A DNA stretch of 64,000 bases from Negaprion brevirostris (GCA_030324005.1 JARDVH010000140.1:37505550-37569549), one strand, 5' to 3'. Numbered from the stretch's first letter, positions 1-14,400 are shown. The notes: a model not told the origin generated them from the letters alone. Program-made: numbers and translations.

Positions 1-283
1 TCACAAGTAGGCTTACATTAACATTGCAATGAAGTTACTGTGAAAATCCCCTAGTCGCCACACTCCGGTGCCTGTTCGGGTACACTGAGGGACAATTTAG
101 AATGGTCAATGCACCTAACCAGCACATCTTTCAGACTGTGCAAGGAAACCAGAGCACCCACAGGAAACCCAAGCAGATGCGGGGAGAAGGTGTAGACTCT
201 ACACAGACAGTAACCTAAGCCAAGAATCGAACCTGGGTCGCCTGGCGCAGTGAAGGTGCACTTTTAACCACTGTGCCACCCTG
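1..283 (-). mobile_element. tRNA-derived V-SINE (elasmobranch HE1-like)
   Basis: Reverse complement of the copy at 15146-15445; A/B boxes and V-domain present. Confidence 0.85.
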
Positions 284-341
284 TCAGAGACTGAATTTCT
301 TACTGATACATGAATCTGGACTACAGTCACTCAATGCTCAC

Positions 342-536
342 TTTTTCATTCAGCTGATTCTGCAGCCCCTCAACCGTTCGGCTGGTATTGTCCCTCTCTG
401 CTGATAGAGTCTCCTTCAGCTGCTCCAACTCAGCATGTAGTCTGGTTAATGTACTCTCCTTCTGATCAACAGCCTCACTTAATGCCTTCTTTTCTGATGT
501 CAGGGATTCAATTGTTGATGCCATAACTGTGCTTGC
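342..536 (-). CDS. HIP1: HIP1 coding exon (~exon 18), ASTVMASTIESLTSEKKALSEAVDQKE...LQNQLNEK
   Basis: 195 nt, ttag/gtgagc with a long polypyrimidine tract; open coiled-coil frame in the expected position. Confidence 0.85.
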
Positions 537-1154
537 CTAATAGAGAGAAGAGAAACAAAGTGAGAAAGTATTTTGAACTTTACTGTATAAAATAAACACA
601 TACTTCCACAGTGTTTTAAAGCTTAAAAACAAATTAAAAGGGATTGAAAGGTAATTTTTTAAAAAGTATTTTATTCGTCCCTTTTTTTAAAAAAATGGGA
701 TGTTATATAGTAATATGTACACCACAATGAAACAAACATGAATACACTTTCAATTTTTAATAACAATTGAACTGTTTTACATTGTTGCAATTGCATTTTA
801 GTTTTGTTATACGTTTAAGTGGTTGCAAGGTTGCTTTAAGAGCTGTTCACATGATTTGACGGTGATGTCATTGGGGTGTTTTGTGCAGGCAAACTGTACA
901 GGTTTTCCTATCAGTTTGTACTCTGTGCAGTGCTAAGAACATCCCTTTCAATGAAATCTTTATGGTAGTTGTGTTAGTTTGAATCTGCTTATGGAAACTA
1001 TGTCTTTTCTTTTTGTGCAAAACCCACAACTCCTAACATAGGACATTGCAAGTCTGAATTCAGTTGTTAACTTTGTGCAAAGTTTGATAGAAAGGATAAA
1101 AAACAAACATTTGAATGAATGGTCATAGACCTCAAACGTAAACACTTTCTTTCT

Positions 1155-2440
1155 AGGCGCACAGGAACAGGAGTTGAACATCCAGCCCTTCAGCCTGTTT
1201 TGCCCATCAATTAGATCATGGCAGATGTGTTGTAGTTTAACTACATCAACCTGTCTTCGTCCCATAATCCTTAACACTTTTGCCCAAGCCTAGCAATCTC
1301 CATTCTGAAATTCTCAATTGACCTCTGCCTAGGCAGTATTTTTAAGACAGTGCTCGAAATCTCACAAGCCTCTGAGTGTAGAAATATAGGAACAATGGTA
1401 GACCATTTGGCCCTCAAGTCTACTCCACCCCGCAGCTAGATCATGGCTGATCTTTATCTCAATACCATTTTCTGACTATAAAAGTGCTTCCTGACATCAA
1501 CCCTGAAAGGCCTAGCTTTAATTTTCTAGCTATTCCCCCTTGTTCTGGACTAAGCAGCTTTTCTCTATCTACCATTTCAACTCCTTTAATCATCTCAAAA
1601 GACCTCAATTGGACCATTCCTCATTCTTCTACACTCAAGGAAATACAAACCTAGTGAGTGCAACTAGTCCTTACAATGTAAGCCTTTAACTTTTGCAGGT
1701 GATAACTGAATGCTTGCAGCATGTTCCGTTTTCATAAAGGAACACAGGGTTAGAAATATAGGAACAATGGTAGACCATTTGGCCCTCAATTCCACTCAGC
1801 TAGATCATAGCTGATCTTTATCTCGATACCATTTTCTGCACTACCCCTTGAAATCATTGAAATCTATAAATATAGATATAAATGAGCCTCTGCAATCCTC
1901 TAGGATAGAAAATTCCTAAAATTCATCACCCACGGAATGAAAAAGTTCCATCATAGTCTTAAATGGCCAAATATTGTTCCAAGACTGGCCCCATTTCTAG
2001 GTCCTCCCCATTACAGCCAGGGGAAACATACTTTCTTCATTTACCTTTACGAGAAATGGAAGAATTTTGTATGCTTCAAAAAGATCACCTCTCATTCTTC
2101 TAAGCTCGAGAGAGTACAGGTTCAATCTCCTCAATTTCTCCTCTGCCCCAGATGGACCTTTGCTACATTGTTGCAAGAATATGTTTCCTTGGGTAAGGAG
2201 ACCAAAATTGTGCACAATAGTCCAAATACGGTCTCACCCAGGCTTTATACAACTCCAGCAGGATTTCCTTATTCCATACTCAAATCCTCTTGTAATAAAA
2301 ACCAACATTCCATTTGCCTTCCTAATCGCTTGTTGCATCTTCACATTAGCTTTCAGTGACTTATGAACAAGGACACCCAGGTCCCTATGGACATCATCAT
2401 TCCCAATCTCTCACAATGTAACAGTTACTCTGTATTTCTG
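1155..2440 (-). mobile_element. Cluster of CR1 LINE 3' fragments
   Basis: LNLYSLELRRMRGDLFEAYKIL, a typical CR1 ORF2 C-terminal motif; CR1 tails at 1155, 1380 and 1750. Confidence 0.85.
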
Positions 2441-3623
2441 TTAACTGAATAAAATGACTTGACTATAATCATTGGTTGTTTAAATAAAACTTTGCGACAC
2501 GTATAGATAGTTCGACCAATATGAGACAAATGAATCTAAATCCAGGTTAAAGACTCTTTCAATCAGAGACATTAGTGAATGAACTACATTGCCTCCGATC
2601 TCTGCAATGCTTCCCTTTGCATTCACAAAATAACTGTGTGCTTCCCACATGCTGAAGCACCTCACACACTTGTTAGAGCAAATTTCAACTCTGATTCAGC
2701 AAGCATCACTCTCACTGCAGAGACTTTGACCTTATCAGCATAGTGGCCATGTTCAGTTCAACGTCTTGAGAATCACAATAATGATCTCACTTGTATTACC
2801 AGCCGCACTCGCTAAAAGGTTGAGGTCATCGCTTCAGATTCTGGCTCTCATCTCAAAATGATTTTCCAACATGAATGACAGCAATGTGAATATCATCTTG
2901 ACATTTCAGTTTGAAATGCAGCCCTACTGGGGAAGTTAGAAAAGCCAGGAGCCACCTCCTCTCCTGCTCAGCACACCTCAAACAGCAAATGCCTAACCTC
3001 TATACAGCAAGGGTGGGGAAGTGGGAGAGTGATTGTCACCTGAAGAAATACCACCCCCACCCCCCCAAACATGGCCAGGTCTTGTAAAATTCTACATTAC
3101 AATACGAGCAGTGATTTTAGAATTAAAAAAAAACACATTTCAGAGCAAGTCAGGATATACAAAAAGGGCAAATTTGCCAATCTCAATCAGTGCTCCTAAG
3201 CTGCTGCTTTGCATCTGACCCATGCTTCCCTTGTTAGGAGTGACAGCTGGGGAGAGTGGACGTAGATTGGTGCATTTAATTTAATCATGCATAACACCAC
3301 ATCCAACAGTAATCCTCTCAACAAGTACACACTTTAGATTTGCCAGCAGATGTGGGTGATCATGAGCCTATTTTTCCTTTTTATTCTCTGGGGTGCTCAG
3401 GTTGCTTACAGCATCTCAATTTCCACCTCAACCGAAGTCAGGTAGTGCAACAAAAGAGATCTGAACCAAACGTTAGATGCTGTGGTTTGGATGGTCCAGT
3501 TCACAGCCCTGTCTGAATGACTTTAAACTGTTTTTTCAGTTTAACTTACTTGGACTAACCAAATGGAACAAAGAGTTCTTGACCCCCAGCCTCTAAGATT
3601 GGAGGCTGCAAATGTAACCTCAC

Positions 3624-3725
3624 CTGCTGGGAGTCAGCATGCGAGCTTTTCAGGGTTTCCAGCACTTCATTCTTGGATCGGAGTTCCTTCTGCAGGGATT
3701 CGAGGGCACATGTCTGCTCCTGAGC
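3624..3725 (-). CDS. HIP1: HIP1 coding exon (~exon 17), AQEQTCALESLQKELRSKNEVLETLKSSHADSQQ
   Basis: 102 nt, acag/gtgag, phase 0-0; coiled-coil heptads; QEQ...LESL..EL similarity to HIP1. Confidence 0.9.
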
Positions 3726-4437
3726 CTGTAGTTTCAGCAAAGAGAAATTTATCAGCAGGAAAGCCAGCGGACTGACTGCAATTTCACATTTTCAAAGAGT
3801 TGAAAAGGCTCCAGAAAAAATAAGCCCTAGTCTCAGGACGAAAAAAAAATCCTTCCCTTTACACATCTCCACATCAATGCCAACAAATGATCCATTACCC
3901 AGCAGAAATGCAACCAACTACATCTCTGTTCAGCCACCTCTGCCAGAACTGTCTGTGGATGCACAGGAATGGGTTTGGCTGTTGGTCAAAGGTCCTGCCA
4001 ACATGTGAGCAACAGCTTGCACTTGTGCAATGCCTTTGACATAGGGAGGTGTTTCACTGGAATGTTATCATACAAAACGTGACACTGAGCAGCACATAAT
4101 ATTCAGATAGGTGGCGAAGATTTAGTCAGAGGTAGGTTTTGAGGAGCATTGTAAAATCAGAGTGAACTCAAGAGGTGGAGAAGTTTAAGGAGGGGTGGCG
4201 AGTTGGCAAGGTACTAGGGGATGGACAGCATTGCACGGAAATAGATCCCAGCATGAGAGATGGAGCAAGGGTAAAGGAGGTCGCAAATTCTACAGAAGAG
4301 TGCAACAGATTGAAGATGGGTCTTCCTCTTTGCTGGATTGGGACCGCTGCACCAGCATTTGAGGTTACACAGATCCAAAGCTCAATCATCACTGGACAGG
4401 GATTCGTTGTGTGATCTGGTTTAGCTGTTTCACTCAC

Positions 4438-4554
4438 TTGCTGCTGAATATCCTCTTTCAGCTGATGTACTGACTCCTCCAGCTCCTTCTTCACCTGCTC
4501 CATGTCCTCCTGCGTCTGGCGAAATGATGTCATTTGCTTTGTTACCTCTGCGTT
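4438..4554 (-). CDS. HIP1: HIP1 coding exon (~exon 16), NAEVTKQMTSFRQTQEDMEQVKKELEESVHQLKEDIQQQ
   Basis: 117 nt, atag/gtgagt; NAEVTKQ completes the DLLRKN motif. Confidence 0.94.
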
Positions 4555-6173
4555 CTATATGAATTAAAGCAGGAAAAGTCAACGGGATAATCAGTCTGCA
4601 CTTTCACACCTCACAGTAGGCCAGAGAACACATCCAGAGCATGCCTTGGCTAAGAGACACTCAACAGCAGAGTTCATCAGCATGCATCATTCTCAAACAC
4701 CTCGTTTGAGTTGGTTAACAACCTCTTCAACAAAGATCATCCCTAAACCATTTTGCCATGATCTCCACCCGCGTCTCCCCCACCCATCCCCACATCTTCA
4801 AAAGCCCCTCTCTCTCCAGACAGCTTCCTGAGAAGTACAGGAAGGCTTTTACCAGAATCATACAGCACTGAAGGGGCCATCTGACCCATCATGTTTGTGT
4901 CAGCTCTTTGAAAGACCCATCCAAATAGTATCATCTCTTGTTCTTTCCCCAGGGCACCCAAAGTTTTCTTTCTTCTATTTGTTTTTGCATCCACCACTCT
5001 TGTCAGAGCATTCTGGATCATCAGGACTTGCAGCCTAAAAAAACCACATCTTTCACGAATTTTCTTAAAGTCACTCTTGTTACAGATAAGACTGACTTTC
5101 TAATGTCAAACACTACTGTCTCTGCCTCCCAGCTGCAACTAGTAATTCCTCCAGCCAGTTAAACTATTACTTCTTTGATTAATTAATTCTGATATCAATT
5201 ACATGACTCAATTCCAGGTAATGCTTAACAGTCTAGCCAGGCTCCCAATATTACTGATTTAATTAACTGGCTTTTATCCTTGATCTATTTTCAATCATGT
5301 ATTCTAATGTTTACTTAATTAGTTGGCTTTGATATTGTGTACTTCAACAAATGTTTGTGTCTGATTATTGATTTAATTCCTCAGCTCCAATAATATTTAT
5401 TTATTCATTCATGGGATGTGTCATTAACCATAAAAGTCTATATACAGATATTCACAAAGAAAAACTGAGCAAATGCTACTCTACTGGTCAAGAATTATGG
5501 TCATGTTTTATTCCAACACAGAGAATGTCCTCAGATGCAGCCGTTTATAAGCGTAATTCTTCTATGTAAACTGCTACCTTGACAACACCTTTTCTATGTT
5601 CCAGCCACCAGACCTCTCAAGTAACTTGGACAACATGCCCCTCATCTGGGCTACTGATATCTCAGTGAGATTAGAGGTCCATAACCCACCTCCCCAACCA
5701 ACCCCTGACTTAATGGGTTTCTTGTACTCTAACTGGGCAATGTGCTTCCAGCAAACTTTCCAAATCACTAAATTAGGTCAGAAATAATTTCTCAGGAGCA
5801 CTCAAACCATACAATATTAACACGTGTTTTGGTGAACAATAGGATTTTATTGAAAGCATCTTTTATATGTTTTTCTTTTTAACTTATCTCTGCATTCAGT
5901 AAGTTTATAGCAATCACTTATTTCACATTTAAAGTAAGAGGACATGAAAACAAGGAAAATCAGTTTGCAGCAAGAAGCAATAACAGTCAAAGTAGCAAGG
6001 TAGGTGTCAACTGCTCCATTCATTCATTGATTTCCTCTATTAATTATTAAATCATTAGCATACCCACTGTTCCATTAATTTATTAGTCCACTTGTAATGA
6101 CAGTCCATTAATTTATTTATGTTCCATCTACATCATTCATTTATTTGGAGTTTGTTACCACACTTTACAAATG

Positions 6174-6290
6174 GCGGCATAGTGGCACAGTGGTTAGCAC
6201 TGCTGTCTCTCAGTGCCAGGAACCCGGGTTCAATTCTGGTCTGTGTGGAGTCTGCATGTTCTCCATGGGTTTCCTCCAGGTGCTCCTGGG
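6174..6290 (+). mobile_element. 5' fragment of a V-SINE
   Basis: Head and partial V-domain only. Confidence 0.75.
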
Positions 6291-6544
6291 GGCGATGGGT
6301 GTGTTGGGGGTGGGGGAGTGAAGCTGGGTGGCGAGGAGAAACCAGGATGGGAGGGGGTGGTTTACAGTCACTGGGAGGTGGTGATGTGGCAGACATGTTG
6401 AGGACAGAGTTCCAGGGACAAGGATACACAGTGGCCTATCATTTATCTGCTCCTGCTTCCTTACAGCACACCTCCATTCTCCAGCCAAACTAATCCCAGA
6501 CGTCCAATAATCAAGCTACTTGGGAGGTTGTCTTCCTCTCCTCT

Positions 6545-6569
6545 GGGTGGTGGTGGTGGTGGTAGTAGT

Positions 6570-6609
<40 letters not shown>

Positions 6610-6620
6610 CGCACACGTGC
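6545..6620. repeat. Compound microsatellite (GGT)n-(GT)15-(GC)6
   Basis: Directly visible. Confidence 0.95.
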
Positions 6621-7691
6621 GGGGGGTGTCGGTCTGAGGACTCTCTGTCTTCTCGGCTCGGGGCAATGGCTGATGTGTAAAGCCATTTCCAAGATAAACG
6701 CAAAATACTGCAGATTCTACAAATAAGATAAAACAGAAAATGCTGGAAAAGAACTCAGCAGACCCAGTAGTACCTGGAAGGAGAAACAGACTTAACGTTT
6801 CATATCAGTGTGGCTTTCCTGCAAAGCATTAACGTTACCAAGTCTTGAACCAGATAGGGCTTGAGAACTGAAAGCACGTGGGTCAATTTTCATCTCACTG
6901 GCACATGGACGTGAATCAGCTGTATATTTTAAAGTGCCAATGTTCTGTGTCTCAGACAACCCAACAGTGATAGAAGTTTCTAACCGATTACTATGAGTTG
7001 CACAGTCAGGAAATGCTTAGTGCACAACTCCCATTAAAACTCAGCTTTGCTCGAGGAATTGATAAAAAGATCAGCCGTCTGGAAAATGTGTTCAGTACTG
7101 GACAGGCCGAGAGAGAGAAAGACAGACAGCCACTCAGAAACATCCTGATCAAAGTTAATGTACTGTAGCACAGAAAATGAGGCAGGGAAAGTTGTATTGG
7201 AGTGCTCTGTCACAGAACGACGCAACACAACAAATAACTAAGCCCNNNNNNNNNNNNNNNNNNNNNNNNNNNNNNNNNNNNNNNNNNNNNNNNNNNNNNN
7301 NNNNNNNNNNNNNNNNNNNNNNNNNNNNNNNNNNNNNNNNNNNNNNNNNNNNNNNNNNNNNNNNNNNNNNNNNNNNNNNNNNNNNNNNNNNNNNNNNNNN
7401 NNNNNNNNNNNNNNNNNNNNNNNNNNNNNNNNNNNNNNNNNNNNNNNNNNNNNNNNNNNNNNNNNNNNNNNNNNNNNNNNNNNNNNNNNNNNNNNNNNNN
7501 NNNNNNNNNNNNNNNNNNNNNNNNNNNNNNNNNNNNNNNNNNNNNNNNNNNNNNNNNNNNNNNNNNNNNNNNNNNNNNNNNNNNNNNNNNNNNNNNNNNN
7601 NNNNNNNNNNNNNNNNNNNNNNNNNNNNNNNNNNNNNNNNNNNNNNNNNNNNNNNNNNNNNNNNNNNNNNNNNNNNNNNNNNNNNNNNNNN

Positions 7692-8150
7692 CCCACTTCT
7701 CCCAGGCCACATCCCCCTCTCCCAGTCTGGCCTCCAATCCATCCAAACTGGCCCCAATTCTGGCTCCCTGAGACCAACCCTTGCTCGAGCCAGAACCACA
7801 TCCACCCCCCCTCCCCCACACCAGCCCCACTCTGCCCAGAACTGCATCCTCCCATCCCACTCTGCCCAGACCACCCCCACACACCCAGACCAACCTCTGC
7901 TCCATCCGGAACTGCATCCTCCCACCCCGCTCTGCCCAGTAGCACATCCTCCCAGCCCACTCTGCCCAGACCACCCCCACACACCCAGATCAACCCCTGC
8001 TCAATCCAGAACTGCATCCTCCCACCCCACTCTGCCCAGTATCACATCCTCCCATCCCACTCTGCCCAGACCAATCTCTGCTCCATCCAGAACCGCATCC
8101 TCCACCCCACTCTGCCCAGACCAGCCCCTACTCCAGTTCCCCAGACCAGC
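7692..8150. repeat. C-rich minisatellite (ccactctgcccaga...gcatcctccc) next to an N run
   Basis: Repeated ccactctgcccaga core. Confidence 0.85.
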
Positions 8151-11026
8151 TCCCAAAGTTTAAACCAGGTAACTTGACCCCAATTGATCAAGGCTTTACC
8201 CTGGGAATAAATTAGCAACTGACTCGTTGTCACTTTTTTTAAAATCAGAAACAGGCACAATGTGCGTACAAGACCATTCTGTCTGCATAGAACATGGCTC
8301 TGTGTAACTCCCAGTACATCACACTGGGAACCTGACTAACAATCTTAAACTGGTTGTCAGAGTAATTCTCAGCACACAGCATTATTTACCAAACATGGTC
8401 CAATGACTGAATCACATCTAAGGTTGAACATAATGTTTTGAGCTTTGCAAGGTCCAGCTGGTTGGTTACAATCTGTACCTTGCACATTACAAACTGTGGC
8501 TGGGACATGCTGCCTAATATGATCTGCTAGTCATTACAAAGTACAGCCTACATACCTAGCATCACACAGGCACTGAAATTCATAAACCACACGACTCATT
8601 TATGTGATAGACTCAATGTCTTTTTAGCTCAGCAGCAGCATCCTGTTAGTGGTGAATCCACTTGCATTGCTACCGCATGGTAGTAGCGTGAAGCAGCTAG
8701 CTTCACCTGTGGCTCAAAGTTTTAAGATCGCTCGCCCTTTCAAGGTAATCTGTGGTAGGCTAGCCACTTTTCAGTGCTGGAGGTGATGGCCTTAGGCCCA
8801 GTCATGAGTTTGCACGATATGCAGTGCAAAATGGTCTGATCAGGGCTGCCATTATCCCACAGGATGTCTTTGATGTGCCCTATTTCAGCATCAAGCTGGT
8901 ATGGTGAGCAAATGGCTTGGACTCTACTTACAAGATTATCAATAAGGCCAATCTGATAGCACGAAGTATCTCAAAAAATGGGTTGTGTCTGTCCAGTACC
9001 CAGGCACTGCTCCCGTGGCATGCATAATGTTGTAGGACCCTCCTCCTCCAGTGTCTAAAACTTCAGAGGGAAAAGCCGGCAGCACAGGGTGCAGGCTACA
9101 CACTGCACTTCCTGCCCAAGTTGACACTGAAAAAACANNNNNNNNNNNNNNNNNNNNNNNNNNNNNNNNNNNNNNNNNNNNNNNNNNNNNNNNNNNNNNN
9201 NNNNNNNNNNNNNNNNNNNNNNNNNNNNNNNNNNNNNNNNNNNNNNNNNNNNNNNNNNNNNNNNNNNNNNNNNNNNNNNNNNNNNNNNNNNNNNNNNNNN
9301 NNNNNNNNNNTTCTCATTCTTGATTCATGTCCTTTCTACCCTTTTCTGTTGAGGTCCAGATCCAGCAGATGTGCTAACCCAAAACGCTATACTGTGCCAA
9401 AAAACTCAAATAGCCCTGGAATTGCTTATGACAATTACACTGTGCAGTTCCACACAGACTAGTTAACAAATATAGAACCCGCACTGACAGTTCCATCGTT
9501 TTGGGTGCTGCATATTTTCTTGTGTTTAGTATTCCAGTCTGGTTCACATTCCAAAAGTCTGGAGAGCAATCTGCTTTGCCAGATATCTAGTATTACCCGG
9601 AGATGTTAACAGAGAATTCTTATTTTTACATAGGCCACTGGGGTAGAATACATGCAACTGCTCCTCTCTTTGTGAGGCAGATGAAAATAGCACAGAGTTG
9701 GGATGAGGTGCAGACTATATTATTTATACATTAAAAAATACATGAATGAACAGCATAATTTTCTATGTTGCATTTAAACAGCTTCCCCCTCCGGTGGCAT
9801 TCTGGGAAACTCCGAGATAGATGGATTCAAGCTGCCAATCTCCCTTAGAACCTTCAGGTAAATCTCTACCCTTTGACATGATTTAATCAACTTCTGCCTT
9901 AGCCAAGTCTCTGGTTGCAAAAGGAGCTGCCTTCTCACAATGATCCAAAACATTTGAGGGGGAATGTAACAATTACACTTCTACCAAACAACTACCAAAG
10001 TGAGCTCCAGGTCGCAAGCTTTGGGAATGGATCCTTCAAGCTGCATATAGTGCTACATGTGATGGTAGTAGTGCAATTGATATGGATATGTATGTTTTTT
10101 TTGTATTCAAGGTGAATGTTTAAAAATTCAGCTTTATGCTGCAGGCAGTCAGTAAGTAAGTTTGGAGTGAATTCCACTCAGATGCTGGGAGAGCAGGATA
10201 ATTGCTCATTCCAACCTTGCAAGTAGTTATGTTAAATAGAGTTAATGGACTTTTGTTTACTTAATTCCCCTGGACTTTCGGATTAGAGTGACTGACAGGA
10301 TCACATGATATTGTGGTTTATGTACAGTCTTGAATCTATAGAAGAGAAAAACAGGCTTTTGCAGAAAGGACTTGGAGTTTGCCTTTTCTTGTTGAAGTTA
10401 GGAGAGTTTTGCAGGGTTCTAAAAGCTCTATATCTCTCTGAAACCGTCAAGGCTGTCTACACTCGTTACAGCAAGTATATTTGTGATTGCGAAATATATT
10501 TCAAATGGCCTTTACGCCTCTAACAGGAACGTTGCTTATTTGGAACCGAAACAGACGTAAGCTACAAAAGTTTCTTTCTTTCATTTTTAAGCATCAGTCA
10601 ACTGTTAATAGTTAAGCTGCTTCATTTCGTTAGAGTCATATTTAAAATGTGTTATTAAATAAAATTTTGTTCTCCTATAAAAGATCCCTAATTAGTCAGG
10701 CAATCATTCCTGAAAGGAAGTATCCTTTCCTCATTTATGCCAAAATAGAAAAATTGTTAGGGTCTAGTCTGGCTTCCTAGTGTAATTTGGGGTTCTGGTC
10801 TGGGGCCCCAACAAAAGAAATACAACTTAAAAAACGAAATCAGCCTCAGGTTAACACAACAGAATCCAGTTTACCCTTGGCAGATTTAGAAATGTTTTGA
10901 AGCACATGTGGAGTTTATTTCTCCCCNNNNNNNNNNNNNNNNNNNNNNNNNNNNNNNNNNNNNNNNNNNNNNNNNNNNNNNNNNNNNNNNNNNNNNNNNN
11001 NNNNNNNNNNNNNNNNNNNNNNNNNN

Positions 11027-11433
11027 CCTCTACCCAAAACTGCAAGAAACTACAAAAGGTTGTGAATGAAGCTCAGTCCAACACACAAACCAGCCTCCCA
11101 TCCACTGACTCAATCTCAACTTCCACTGCCTCAGCAAAGGAGCCAACATAATTAAGGACCCCACATACCCTGGGCATTCTCTCTTCCACCTTCCTCCATC
11201 AAAAAAAGATACAGAAGTCTGAGGTCATGTACCAACTGACTCAAGAACAGCTTCTTCTCTACTGCCATCAAACCTTGGAATGGACGCACCTTGCATTAAG
11301 CTGATCTTTCTCTACACCCTAGGTATGACTGTAACACTACATTTGCACTCTCCTTTCCTTCTCTTTGAATGGTATGTTTTGACTGTATGGCACACAAGAA
11401 ACAACACTTCACGTGACAATAATAAATCAAATC
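11027..11433 (+). mobile_element. Rex1/Babar-type LINE 3' end
   Basis: KKLQKVVNEAQS.T and L...KRY.SL..TN.LKNSF motifs; aataaatcaaatcaaa tail. Confidence 0.8.
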
Positions 11434-14400
11434 AAAGTGTTGCGCAACATGGGCATCAAGAGTGTTTCTTTCATTAATACAAATGTCTGTGGTTAAGCCT
11501 AAAGGTTCATGTCTGTTTGAGTTTGTCCTTAATAAAAATCTTGAAGTCAAAAACTGACAGTAAAAGTAAACAGGAGTGTGCTCCTCTTGCATGAAGCAAA
11601 ATAACTTTTTGCAAATAGAACCAAAGTAGAGGTTTTCAACTTGCCACAAAACAGTCTCTGCTTTAAACATTTGGGGATGCCCAAGACATGCAAAGCTTTA
11701 AAAAAACTGTCTTTCCTCCTTGACATCAAGATCAAAATAAGCATCAAGTGCTATTGTTTCAACATGATCTACCTCAGAACAGTCACCTTGTGAATAAAGT
11801 AACCTCTGACCCAAGTGGGTGCAGTTTACATACAGGGAGGTGCTCAGGAAGGACAATAAGCAAGTCTGTATTGAATGGCAAGAGCTGACCCAAGTCTCAC
11901 TGCAGTCAAAAAGTTTGGACTTTATTTTCTCATTTAAACAAATAGACCCCCATGTTAGTTATTCTGTAAAGTTAGTTTTTGTTTGGTTTGATGTTTTATT
12001 GCATCTTCTCACTTATTTTCTTTTGTAACTAAACTAGTGGTTCTCATGCGAGCATGCACCGAGTTAGTGATGTGCCATGTTCTGGTTTCTAAGGTGACAG
12101 GAGATTGAGGTGGACATTCCAAGTGTTGGCTTCATTATTAGGCCTGGGTTACAATAATGCATTGACAGCATGGGGTACAAACCCAGGTTTCAGTTCACTG
12201 CAGATACTTCGGAAAGCTGCGGTTTAGCAAGGGAAACGAAGGAAATGTGCTGGGCAAAAGCCCAAACTGTAACAATCTATCATTATGAATGGTGAGCCTT
12301 GCAGAGGCACAGACTGAATACCTCTCTATAATCCCCATTTGTCAACCCTACCACTGAACTCTTTTATACCGCATACCGCCCCGGGTTTCCTCAGCAACAG
12401 CCACAAATGCTCACAGAATGCCTCTGTGGCAGATATTCACATCAGGAAGTCCGGTATGCATACCTTTATTCATAACCTTGGCTCGGTCAATCATCTACTG
12501 GAAGTTTGCTCTACTTCCCAAAAATGATATTGTCCTCAACTACATCAGGGCTTGTCTCTACTACAAATAGGCAGGGCTGATTTGAGAGGTTTGGGCTTCA
12601 CTCCTATTGTGCAGGCCAAGCATCAAAAGAGTGGGCTGTTATTCCAAGGGGATCAAAGATATGGATTCCTGATGGGGAATTCAGAAATTTACGTGCATGT
12701 TAAAATGCGAGGACAACAAATAAATGGGCCGCAAAAATAATCAGAGAGCAATAACATGGGATTAGTTTCAGTTCAGCATGTCGGCAAAATATCTATTCTA
12801 CTGCTTTACCTCACCATATCAGAATGATAATCTTCTCTTCAGCTTTATAATCACAATCCAAATCCTCTCCTAACTCCAGTCTACTGTTTGCTCCCCATGT
12901 TCGCTATTTCACCTTCAAAGCTAGCTTTTCTTTCATCACATCACCTGCTCTCTGGTGTTATCTCCCAAAACCATTCTCTATTTACTTCCAAAAAAATTCT
13001 ATCCTTTCAGCCACGTCTCAGCACAGACCTCCCTCCCCCACTCCCTTCAATTCCTTTCCCTTCTCGCTGCTCATGTTTCTGCCTTGCTAAGTTACACAAG
13101 GACATGATACTCTGCAAGGAACCTGATATAAATTGCTTTTGTCCATTTTCAACAATCATGAGGTTACTTCCTGATCAACAGAAAATGCTGCAGTTAAGTT
13201 CATCCCAGATGATTCTGATAAATAGGAACGCTTAACCAATAATGGTCAAACAACTGTACGGTTCCTAATGTAGGTGCCTGGACTTCCTGGAATCTCCCCC
13301 ACTAATTAATCACCCCATACTCATTCAGCCTCATCATTCCATTTTGGCAAATTGCAGTTTTCCTCTTGAAAGCATCTCCTCGGGAAACATAGCAGTCTAC
13401 TACTTTTGAAAAGAAGTACTTCCCTCTGGGTTAACAGAACACAACAGTAAATGTTTTTGCTTTGTAAGAAACACAAATGTAAGTCATCTAAGTAATCTCT
13501 GCTTAATCCTTATAGGTCTGTGATGCATGAGCTGCCTTTAAAAAAAACAGATAGCAAGTGGATATTATCTATCGATGAGTCTGCTAAACACAGATGTTGT
13601 ATCTGGTGTGTACAGAGAGTTGATTTAGCTGTTGGATTCTGCAGTTAAGAGCACTAACCCCCCTCTCACAGAATAGGATACTTTCTGACCTGTTAAAGTC
13701 AAATACCATCATCTAATGCAAACACATTCAAAAGAAACACAACATTGCATTAAACTTTTTTTTTTAAAAATCACAAAGGAGTGGATTTTAAAATGCTGAC
13801 ATGTTGGTGCTTTAAGGTAATTTAAATATGCTAACTGGCCAACAAGGAAACTCCGACAACAGGGGAAAACTGCTGAGCACCAATTCCTATTACTTCACTC
13901 AAATAAACATAAGACAATTCTGTCCGATGTCAGCGTATGTGACACCCAACCTGCTCGAAGGAGAGGCATGGGGAAGGGACCGCANNNNNNNNNNNNNNNN
14001 NNNNNNNNNNNNNNNNNNNNNNNNNNNNNNNTTTTAACATTAGCAACAGCAGCCGGAACCAAATTATAAAGATTTTGAGGATATAATTGGCCTCCAATAA
14101 CAGTTGTGCACTGAAAATGTAATAACCCATTATCTCTCATGCTACTGAAAAAATAGCAGAAAGCAGAAACATCGGTAAAACAATCGTGTTTTAAAAAAAC
14201 TTCATTTTTTATGGTACTATCACAAGTGACAACACAGCCTCTTCATTTCTTCACAGTAAACCTTTTAAATTAAATCTGGCCAAATTTGTTTTGCTTCTGA
14301 TTATGTGTCTTTGGTAAAAACGTAAGAGGGTAAGTTTTCAGAGGCTTTGTCAATAGGGCCAAACTTGAGAGCAGGACGGCACGGTGGCAGTGGGTTCAGG

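Noticed and set aside
7155-8163. 256-328 aa ORFs
   Set aside because: Artefacts of reading through an N run and a C-rich minisatellite
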